Origin: Octopus sinensis
Taxonomy: Eukaryota
Reading direction: 5' to 3'
Assembly (NCBI RefSeq): GCF_006345805.1
Contig: NC_043000.1
Location: 7,936,001-8,000,000 of the forward strand
DNA length: 64,000 nt
In this document: in pieces, positions 53,331 through 64,000 of the stretch
Numbering within the stretch: position 1 is the first letter of the stretch
Layout of the letters: each line of letters opens with the position of its first letter
The notes under the pieces: generated by a model
The model's input: only the letters and a program-made list of their open reading frames with translations
What the model was told of the DNA's origin: nothing
The model's database searches: none
Program-made: the position numbers and the translations under genes

Positions 53331-53835
53331 AGTTCTTCGTAGTTTAAGCATCTCATCAGCCTCTTGGATACTAACCAGCTCAAAACTACTCTTGGTTCTA
53401 TGCTACAGACTTCCTGTTTTAAAGAAATTTAAATTAAAAACTCCATTTTTGTTTCAAATACCAGCTTAATAACGACAAAGTTATTTTACTAAATTCTTTA
53501 CTATTTTCAAAATCAATTGAAACAATACAGTGTATTTCAATGGAAATTTGGTGAAAAAAACAAAAGAGCTAAGATATTTGATAGCTGAACAAATAAGGAA
53601 CCAAAATCCAAGTTGAGTAAAGAGATCAGATATAACACCTAATATATATTGATTTCAAACTTTGGCACAAGGGTTAAGTTGATTACATTGTCCCCAGTAA
53701 TCAACTAATATGTTTTTCATTTCTAAAAGACAAAGTCGACCATGACAGAATTTATGATTCTGCCAGCTCACTTCTGTACCTGTTTAGACATTTTTCTTTA
53801 CTACTTTTTTTCTTTTTGAAAATTTTATGTGCATA

Positions 53836-54246
53836 TAGGTGCAGAAGTGGCTGTGTGGTAAGAAGCTTGCTTCCTAACCACATTGTCACAGGTTCAGTCC
53901 CACTGCATGGCACCTTGGGCAAGTGTCTTCTACTATAGCTTCAAGCCAACCAAAGCCTTGTGAGTGGATTTGGTAGACAGAAACTGAAAGAAGCCTGTCA
54001 TATATTTATATATATATGTTATATATGTGTGTGTTTGTGTGTCTGTTTGTCCCCCACCCCCACCATCGCTTGACAACTGATGTTGGTTTGTTTACATCTC
54101 TGTAACTTAGCAGTTCAGCAAAAGAGACCAGTAGAACAAGTACTAGGCTTACAAAGAATAAGTCTTAGGGTCGATTTGTTCGACTAGAGGTGGTGCTCCA
54201 GTATGGCTGCGGTCAATGACCGAAACAAGTAAAAGAATAAAAGAAT
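53836..54246 (+). mobile_element. SINE family A
   Basis: Full-length copy. Confidence 0.85.
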
Positions 54247-55411
54247 ATTGTTATGAGTTCAAATCCTGCTTAGGTGTTGATTTCATTTCTCACACCTCCT
54301 GGGCTGATAAAATATTCATGAATGAAGTTGATTCAGAAAGGCAGTAACATGTCCTCATAAAATAAATGCTTTAATCTTGTATTTTTGTGGAGAATCATTA
54401 TTTTCTGACATGCACGAGAAATGGTACCAAAGCATTCTCCCTTTGGGGTTATTGACTCTATTGACTGAAAGGCAGAAAATCAAAACAACTGGAAGAAATG
54501 GAAACCTATGATTTACCAATTGTAAATTATAAAATATTTTGGTTCAAATTTACTACCATATTTCACCATAGTTACTAACTTCCATATTGCTGGATATTAC
54601 AAACATCAATCAACCATCATTTATTTATGTATTTATTTATTTATTTATTTATTTTTCCTTGAAACACATTAATTTTTTGGTTTTTATTTATTTACTTACG
54701 TATTTATATAGTTATTTTAATTTTTGCTTTTGGCAAAGAACATGTTTCTCAAGTACACATACAGTCTGTTGTATATGAGGGAAATATCAGAAGAGTTGAG
54801 AAACCATAAAGTTTCTAACTATATTGATTTGGAATGGTGAAAGAAGTGAAGCAAGAGGTAACAGATGCATTGCTTTCCTATCTTCCTGAAAAATAAATTC
54901 AATATTTAGTTGGTTTCTAATCAATGTATTTCTTATTTTGATTATTCTGGTTTTCTTCATAAACAATATTTGAATAGCATAAGTTTTATTTGAAGCAGTT
55001 TGGCATGCTGGCAAAATTTTTAAGAAGTCTTCTATTGAATTCAAAGTGTTTTAAGCTTTGAGGTAGACATTGGAGACTAAATACATTCTTATTTCATGAT
55101 AATGAAATATTTTACACATTCTGTTTCAATTTTCTTTCTTTTACTTTTTCTTTTTATCTAAATTTGTCTGAATTCCTGCGGAGATTTTTATTGTTAATGT
55201 AGTAGAGTAGTCTCATGGCCCATAAATGGCTGTTGCAGAAAGTGCCTTTTCACTATTTGAAAGCATTTAATGGCTTGCTTCAGTTGACCTAACTGGAAAA
55301 TATTTATATTCTAGATTAGAAGACAAACCTCAGAGCATTAAAATAGTCTTTGAAAATGAAATGCTAAATTTACAATGTAAATTTTTTGAGATATTATTAT
55401 TATTATTATTG

Positions 55412-55456
<45 letters not shown>

Positions 55457-55789
55457 TATCATCATCATCATTATTATGCTGCTGCTGCTGATGATGATTA
55501 ACATCATCATCATCATTTTCATTTTAACGTTCAATTTTCCATGCCTGCATGGGTCAGATGGTGTTTTTTGAGGCAGATTTTCTTAAACAGGTTACACTTT
55601 CTGTTGCCAGTCCTTGCCTGTTTCCAAGCAAGATAGTATTTTCCCATGGCTGGACACATTTTACAAGGAAGATTAGATATGAGTAACACCTTTTGTATGA
55701 GGGTGATACTCACAAAATTGTGTAATGTCAAGGCAAGATGACACAAACATACAAACACCAATATATAGAAATACATTTACATACATACA

Positions 55790-56571
55790 TGCATGCTTGT
55801 ATGTATGTATGTATGTATGTATGTATGTATGTATGTATGTATGTACTGTATGTATGTATGTATGTATGTATGTATTATGTATGTATGTATATGTATGTAT
55901 GTATGTAGTATGTAGTATGTATGTATGTATCGTATGTATGTATGTATGCATTCATGTATGTATGTATGTATGTATGTATGTATGTATGTATGCATTCATG
56001 TATGTATGTATGTATGTATGTATGTGTGTGTGTATGCATTCATGCATGCATGTATGTATGTATGTATGTATGCATTCATGTATGTATGTATGCATTCATG
56101 TATGTATGTATGCATTCATGTATGTATGTATGTATGTATGTATGTATGTATGTATGTATCTATGTATGTATCTATGTATGTAGGTATGTATGCATTCATG
56201 TATGTATGTATGTATGTATGTATGTATGTATCTATGTATGTATCTATGTATGTATGTAGGTATGTATGCATTCATGTATGTATGTATGTATGTATGTATG
56301 TATGTATGCATGTATGTATGCATGTATGTATGTGTGATGTATGTATGTATGTATGCATTCATGTATGTATGTATGTAGGTATGTATGTATGCATTCATGT
56401 ATGTATGTATGTATGTATGTATGTATGTGTGTGTGTATGCATTCATGCATGCATGTATGTATGTATGTATGTATGCATTCATGTATGTATGTATGTATGT
56501 ATGCATGTATGCATTCATGTATGTATGTATGCATTCATGTATGTATGTATGCATTCATGTATGTATGTATG

Positions 56572-56605
<34 letters not shown>

Positions 56606-56965
56606 TGTATGTATTGTATGAATGTATGTATGTTTGTATGTATGCATTCATGTATGTATGTATGTATGTATGTATGTATGTATGTATGTATGTATGTATG
56701 TATGTATGTATGTATGTATGTAGGTATGTATGTATGCATTCATGTATGTATGTATGTATGTATGTATGCATTCATGCATGTATGTATGTATGTAGGTATG
56801 TATGTATGTAGGTATGTATGTATGTATGCATTCATGTATGTATGTATGTATGTATGTATGTATGTATGTATGTATGTATGTAGGTATGTATGTATGCATT
56901 CATGTATGTATGTATGTATGTAGGTATGTATGTATGCATTCATGCATGTATGTATGTATGGATGG
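55790..56965. repeat. (TATG)n array of about 1.2 kb (reverse orientation to the 41.5-kb array)
   Basis: Visible directly; recurring gcattcat variant. Confidence 0.98.
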
Positions 56966-57906
56966 ATGGATGCCTGATGGACAACTTTCATTTTCCATGT
57001 ACCAAATCCCCATACAAGGCTTTGGTTAGCCCAGAGCTAAATAGAAGACACTTGCCTATGGCACCATGCAGTGGGACTGAACCTGAAACTACAACAGAAT
57101 AAAAAAAAGGAAATATTAATAAAATCTAGAGTATTTCATAATCTCTCTCTCTCTCTTCTTATTAATGATCAAGATAAGGGTTTATTTTTAAATGAATTTT
57201 TAAAAAAAATTGCTCCAGCATGGCCACAGTCTAATGACTGAAATAACTAAAAGTTAAAAATGTATGATGAATTCAGAGATTTTTTAAAAATGTGTATTTT
57301 CTTACACTATATTTCAGTCAGTCCAGCATAATTTCCACTCACATACTTACATTGGCAAGGTTGTTCTATAACTTGATGGCATATTTATAATGGGTGCTCT
57401 TTTTGGTGCCAGCTATTCTATTCTGAAGAGAGAATGGTAAATATTTCTAGTAAATGTTTATAGTAAGATTTGCATAATAATCTCTTGTTTGGTTGTCTAG
57501 CATTTTCATATCTCAGCTATTGTGTCTCATAAACAGAAAGAATTCTTTATCTAGGAACTGTATTCTAACAACTGACTAAAAGCCAGGAAGCATAACCAAT
57601 ATTCAAATATTCAAGTAGATAGTTTTGGTGAACAAGTCATGCTGGCAATGAATCTTGAATTTTGTTTGAAGCATTTTATCCTAGGTAAGATAATTATGAA
57701 TCCTTTGAGGTATTTAAGGGAGGTAAAGAGGGGCTGCAGGAAAGTTGGTAGTTGACTGAGCAGGCATCAGAGAAAAAAAAAATGTTGTAGTTGAGAATCT
57801 TCATAGAGAAACATAGTTATAGATTATATTTTGCAAATCTCTTTTATCGGACTATTCTGAATGAAATATAATTGATTTCGAAGAATGAAATATATTCAAT
57901 AATGAC

Positions 57907-57959
<53 letters not shown>

Positions 57960-59439
57960 TGATGATGATAATGATAAAAAAAATCTTAGTGTTACTAGTG
58001 TGTCTGACAAACTAATATAAAATGATGTATCAATGCAGAAACGGAAACGTTTACAAAAAATATCAATAAATAAAAGTAGATAGTAAAGTGAAGGAAAAAA
58101 ACAACAGGCAGAAAGGTCAATATTTTGAGAAGATATTTTTGTTGTTGTTGGTAGTGTTTTGTATTCTTTTCTTTCAGTAGACATGTCTTAATTAGTAGGA
58201 AATCAATTTGGATGCAAAATAATTTGTTTCCTCAGGTGAGGGAAGGACAGGTAAGAAACAATTGAAAGTGAAGAAATTGGGAATGGATAAATAAAATAGA
58301 AAGCCAAACTGAATCGCTCCTCATAATGGAACCATTCAGACATTTCTATAAAACGTGGAATTAATTATGCTATGAGAACCAATTTTCTAGAAATAATCTT
58401 GCCAAGATTTCTTTTTACTTTTCTTGAAGTTTAGCTGGTGGCTAAGACTAAGGAAGCATCTATTGGAAGAAAGTAACTGTATTAAAAGATATTTCTATGG
58501 CACTATTATTTGCTGGGACAGTGCATTTGTATGCTGTACATAGATTTGGTAAATTCTGGAAGAGATGTTAGGATCAACCTCGCTGAATAATAAAATTATC
58601 TGGTATTAATCAGATTAACTATAATTTACTTGTATGAATGTGGAAGGTGGCCAGAAAGGTATAAAAATCACTTTGGTATACTAACTGTTACCTACTTTAT
58701 ATTTGTATCATTTGAAGGTCGTGAAGAGAAATGGTTGCAAAGCTATGATAGTACAAATTTTGTTATTAAATTTGTTTTCTGTCGTATTTCTTCCTTCCTT
58801 TGGCACTAACCTTGTCCTTCCTTCTTTCCTTCAGTCACTATCAACTTTATGGAATTCTCTCCTCACTCACATTTTCCCTAAAGGTCACATTATCTTACAG
58901 ATACACAAGCGGAACATAAACTGAATCGATCTCATCGAGCTCAAAGGTTTTATTATGTTATATGGGCACCGCTCTCTCCTCAAGACCAGTAAAGCAAAAT
59001 CAAGCAAAGAGACATCAAAAAGAACAATAAAACAAGGTCAGTTTTGTATGCAGATAGTTATATAAAAATTAACACAACCCCATGATATAACTGGTATTTT
59101 CTTTATTTTTAAGGGATAAAACTGTGAACAGATTTTGAAATAATTACCTACCTGTAATTATCTTTTAATTAGAATAAAAAGTCAGTATAGAAAGCGATTA
59201 GATGAGCATCTTGGTGTCATGCGTTCAAGCCTTCAGGGATTTCATTGTGTCTCTAAATGAAATGTTTAATTCTGTTTGCTTACATATTGGAGCTAAGTAT
59301 CAGGTTTTCAGAGAATGTAACCATTCATGCTACCATTTAATCCAAACAGCAGAAGCATTTATTTTACATTCCATTTTATGTTATATTAATCTGGAGTTTT
59401 GCACCAATATATCAAGTTTCTCTGGTTTTGTCCTGCTTT

Positions 59440-59650
59440 GACATAAGTAAGAATGGATGAATGAAAGAATGAATGAATGAATTAATTAATGAATAAGTGA
59501 ATAAATGAAAGAATACAGAAATGAATGAATGGATTCAAGAATGAACGATTGCATGAATGAATGACTGCATGGATGAATTATGAATGAATGAATTAATTAA
59601 TGCATAAATGAATGAGTGCATGAATGGCTGACTGCATAAATGAATGAGTG
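59440..59650. repeat. Degenerate (GAAT)n
   Basis: Visible directly in the sequence. Confidence 0.9.
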
Positions 59651-60084
59651 AACAAGTCCATCCATATGATTGAGAATCTTGGGCCGCAGTATAACCTCTA
59701 CTCTTTGCCACAAACTGTATTCTCTTCCTGCAGTTCTACCCCCTGCCAGGGTCCTTCACAACCAGTCTCTGATGTCATAATTCCATCCTCAACATTGTCT
59801 CCCATGAGCCTGTTTTCTATACCTCCAGTCCCCGAAGATGTGGGTATTGAGAGTTGGAGCCTTGATAGCATGGCCAAAATATTGGTTTCCAACAAGTGCT
59901 GGGAAGGATTTAAGTTGATTACATTGACCCCAGTATATATCTGGTATTTATTTTATTGACTCCCAAAGGATGAAAGGCAAAGTTGATCTTAGTAGAATTT
60001 GAACTCAAAATGTAAAGATGGACCAAAAGCTGCTAAGCATCTTACCTGATGTGTGAACACTACTGCCAACTCATCACCTTTAAC

Positions 60085-60410
60085 ATGACCAAAAAGCACC
60101 ATTAAAAAGCACCATTTGAGTGTGGTCATTGCTAATGCTGCCTGACTGGCTCCTGTGCTGGTGGCATGTACAAAGCATCATTCAAGCATGGTCAAAGCCA
60201 GTGCCACCTGAGTGGCTCCCATGCCACTGACATGTAAAAAGCACCCACTACACTTTTGGAGTGGTTGGTGTTAGGAAGGGCATCCAGCCGTAGAAACCTT
60301 GCCAGATCACAATGGAGCCTGATGTGGCCATCTTGGCTTGCCAGTCCTCAGTCAAACCGTCCAACTCATGCTAGCAGGGAAAGCAGACATTAAATGACGA
60401 GGATGATGAT
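60085..60410 (+). mobile_element. RTE 3'-UTR module (family D)
   Basis: taaaaagcacccactacac...ggtgttaggaagggcatccagccgtagaaacc...ccgtccaactcatgctagc. Confidence 0.82.
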
Positions 60411-60614
60411 GAAAATATTGTAGCTTTCATTGTCTGGCCATTGTCCCCTATTTTTGTTCCATTTCCAGCTCCTCTAGCCTTCACTTGTTCATTCTGTGGA
60501 TCATATAATGAAATTAATTGAAGGGAAAGAACCAGGGGCGTATATTCCGGATGTGCTTAGGATGCAGTCCACACCCATTGAAAATGGCAAATTCATTATA
60601 AACGTTAAGCTTAC

Positions 60615-60794
60615 TCATTAATTTAATCACAAATCTTAATGGAAAGCTTTTGTCATACGCTTGCTTGAAATTTGGTGTCATTGGGTGTGACATCCCACCC
60701 AATACATCAAGCACCATATACCACTGGAAAGAACTAGTTCTAATCAGATAACTGTGCCACCAACCTCCTGCCAGAACATTACCATTAAGATGTT
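60615..60794 (-). CDS. Candidate 180-nt exon (HLNGNVLAGGWWHSYLIRTSSFQWYMVLDVLGGMSHPMTPNFKQAYDKSFPLRFVIKLM)
   Basis: Long polypyrimidine acceptor ttttattgttttatttcctatctccaccatcag, donor tga|gtaagc, only one open frame, phase 1 to 1. Confidence 0.45.
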
Positions 60795-60879
60795 CTGATG
60801 GTGGAGATAGGAAATAAAACAATAAAACCAGGATTCTGCAAAGGAATTTATTATTTCTAAATTTACTTATCATTTATCA

Positions 60880-61056
60880 TAGGTGCAGGAGTGGCTGTGT
60901 GGTAAGTAGCTTGCTTACCAGCCACATGGTTCTGGGTTCAGTCCCACTGCATGGCACTTTGGGCAAGTGTCTTCTTCTATAGCCTCAGGCCGACCAAAGC
61001 CTTGTGAGTGGATTTGGTAGACAGAAACTGAAAGAAGCCCATTGTATATATGTATT

Positions 61057-61089
<33 letters not shown>

Positions 61090-61278
61090 ATATGTTTGTG
61101 TGTCTGTGTCCCCCCAGCATTGCTTGTCATCCCCGTAACTTAGCAGTTCAACAAAAGAGACTGATAGAAAAGTACTAGGCTTACAAAGAATAAGTCCTGG
61201 GGTTGATTTGCTTGACTAAAGGCAGTGCTCCAGCATGGCCGCAGTCAGTTGACTGAAACAAGTAAAAGAGTAAAAGAG
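60880..61278 (+). mobile_element. SINE family A
   Basis: Full-length copy. Confidence 0.87.
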
Positions 61279-61806
61279 TATTCCAGCTGTTGTTCTTATT
61301 AAAGGTGAGTTCCTTTTCAGAAGAAAATTATTTATCATTGCTATTCTATCCTGACAGATCCATGCCTTCTTCTTAATGAACATTGTTGTGTGTGTGTGTG
61401 TGTGTGTGTGTGTGCATGAGTGAGGCCTTGCCTCGACATCACATGATAGGTGTAAACAAGTGTCACTGTCATACAAGCAGTGTCTTTAATTTCCAATCTT
61501 CCTTGAAAACATGGAAAATATTGAGGGAAATATTACCATATTTAGAAACAGGTGAGGGTTTGCAACAGGAGGGGCATCCAGCAGTAGAAGTTCTGCTTTA
61601 ACAGTTTCTGTTCAACCCACACAAGCATGGAAAAATGGATGTTAAAACAATGATGAAAGAGAAATGGGTGAATGAAAGAGAGAAGAGGACTGAATTCCTA
61701 GGCAGAGAGTGACTAGTATTTTGGGTAAATATGTGAATGTTTATCTGTGAGTTTGTATAGGATGCTTGGGCTAAATTTTGATAGTTTGCATGAAAGAAAA
61801 AAAAAA

Positions 61807-62560
61807 CTACAATACCCCATCCAAAAATAAAGTATTAAAAAAAGATCAAAAAATATCAACTAAATTATGACTACTCAAAGTAGCAGCCCTGAGCTTCCAC
61901 CTCAAGACAGTTTCAGAACATGGTGCATGCATTCCTCACTCTGTTCCTGAGAAGATCTTTGAATGTCTCCTGGATCTTGGCCTCGATGTTGCAGGCAGAG
62001 TGGTTGGTGTATTTCTCAATTGCAGTCCACATATAGTAATCCATGAGATTACAATCAAGGGAATTAGGAGGCCAGAAATTGGATCTTGTGAGGTTGTTGA
62101 AATTCTCTGACAATCACATCTGACTCTTTTCAGAGGCTTGGCAAAGAGCCAAATCCTGCTGCCACACATATGACTTTTCAGTAGCAGCACTTTATGACCA
62201 GGATTTGACCACAATCTCTAGCAGCCTCGCATAACCATCTGAATTGAGCTTAAGGTCCCGTTCAAAGATGTGGGAATGGCTTCTGGCATGTGAACACAGT
62301 CAAAATACTTGCTGAGGTTCTTTCTGCTGGCCATGTCACGTCTTACAGCCTTTGCAGTGTTCACAGAGCACTGAGCAGAAGTCATGATGCTGGCATTTTG
62401 GTACCTGGCACAAATCAGCATGATACAGGTAACTCTTCTCCAGTATTCAAATAGCTTCCAGCCCTCCATGTCAGCTACCTTTTGCTCAACTACAACTTCA
62501 GTTTTTATGCTTTCCAAAGTTATTGACTGTTCACCAATACATCAAGCTGTTCTGAAAAAA
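61807..62560 (-). mobile_element. Internally deleted DD37D/maT-type Tc1-mariner relic
   Basis: SENFNNLTRSNFWPPNSLDCNLMDYYMWTAIE and an HTH-like N-terminus (SAQCSVNTAKAVRR). End tacaataccccatccaaaaataaa. Confidence 0.8.
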
Positions 62561-62628
62561 GGAAACAAAAAATCATCAAATTTAACCCAAACTACCTGTG
62601 CGTGTGTGTGTGTGTGCGTGTGTGTGTG

Positions 62629-62677
<49 letters not shown>

Positions 62678-62822
62678 ATGTACATACATCTACACAAGGT
62701 TAAATCTATACTCATATCAAAGTACACATACACTTACATGCCCACGCACACATACACATAAATGCACGCACACACATGAATATATGTATGCATGTCTTTA
62801 TGTGCTTCTCTGTCACACAATA

Positions 62823-62855
<33 letters not shown>

Positions 62856-62893
62856 GTATGTATATGTATGTATATGTATGTATGTATATATAG

Positions 62894-63285
62894 TGCAGGC
62901 ATGGCTGTGTGGTAAGAAGTCTGCTTTCCAACCACTTGATTCCAGGTTCAGTCCCACTGTGTGGTACCTTGGATAAGTGCTACTATAGTCTCAAGCCAAC
63001 CAAAGCCTTGTGGGTGGACTTGGTAGATAGAAACTGAAGCAAGCCTGCCATTTGTATATGCATATATATATTTATGTGTGTGTGGTTTGTCCATCCACCA
63101 TTGCTTGACAAACTCTGTTGGTATGTTTACATCCCTGTAACTTAACGGTTTGACAAAAGAGACCGACAGAATAAGTACTAGGCTTACAAAGAATAAGTCC
63201 CGGGGACAATTTCTTTGACTAAAAAACCCTTTAAGATGGTGCTCCAGCATGGCTGCAGTCAACTGACTGAAGCAAGTAAAAAAAA
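62894..63285 (+). mobile_element. SINE family A
   Basis: Head, body and tail are all recognisable. Confidence 0.8.
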
Positions 63286-64000
63286 ATCAAAAAAATAGAA
63301 TAAAGGAATATCTATGCATTCATTTATTTTACATTCATAAAAATTACTGAGTAGCGCTGGAGAGTGATTTGTGATGTTTGGCGTACATGAGAGATAAAGC
63401 AATAAAGCCACATTACTGTAGCACATTGACCACACCAGGCTATAAAAATCCAACGTTTTAGACTGCAGTAGAAACAGTGCAATGCAAAGCAAAGCATTGC
63501 ACAAGATCTTTGTGGTTTATGATAATACTCTTAACTGGTGTGACCTTGCTTGCAGTTTGATAATTTGGATCTGTATTGCATAGCTTACTGATTAAGTTGC
63601 ATCACTGCCTTGTTTGTTGGAGCTGCAACCTGCTCTCTCATTCTTCTATTCCTCTGTTCTGTTATACTGCTATTATGTAATTCTGGTAGTTGTTTGTTGT
63701 TTTCTAGCTGTTATTGTTTCTGTATTTGTCAGAGTAATGAGGATTTTGATTGGTTGCCTTTGTTCCTTAATATTGTTTTCTATTGTCGTTGTTGTTGTTG
63801 TTTCTTTCTTGTTTTATTTATTTATTTATTTTTTGGTTCTGTATCAATTTGTGAGCAATAGTATCATCGGTTATCGATATCTAGCTGATCAATCACCGGT
63901 TCAGTGCCTTTGTGATAGCGAGAGTGATAAGGGAACAGCTAACCTGATGCAAGGGGACTTCATAAAGCACTTGTTTTGTTTTTGGTTTTTTCACTGATGT

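Noticed and set aside
54787-54910. Minus-strand exon with a strong acceptor (tttattttcag)
   Set aside because: All three frames hit a stop before the best donor.
60640-60750. FKBP-like motif on plus (SYA...G..IPPN)
   Set aside because: Only a few residues match, the frame is bounded by stops, and the rest of the domain is absent.

Overview
AT-rich, extremely repeat-dense eukaryotic DNA. The SINE, RTE and microsatellite landscape points to a cephalopod, most likely Octopus (inference). There is no prokaryotic gene system, CRISPR array or structural RNA gene. Almost all ORFs in the supplied track are microsatellite read-throughs. Supported features: a nearly complete but disrupted CR1/L2-group LINE (about 9.3-13.2 kb, minus strand); two RTE LINE 3' fragments in diverging orientation (47.3-49.8 kb), one carrying a PHD finger inside the RT region; many RTE 3'-UTR modules; three tRNA-derived SINE families; mariner and DD37D/maT-type transposon relics; TA-flanked and piggyBac-like MITEs; kb-scale (CATA)n arrays. 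The unique DNA holds a scattered set of minus-strand exon-like segments that may belong to an unidentified host gene (low to moderate confidence). The most unusual structures are long fold-back hairpins that could form dsRNA: a perfect 62-bp stem, a gap-free 75-bp stem, and an inverted SINE duplication around (TA)n. All coordinates and counts were read by eye; repeat ends are approximate.
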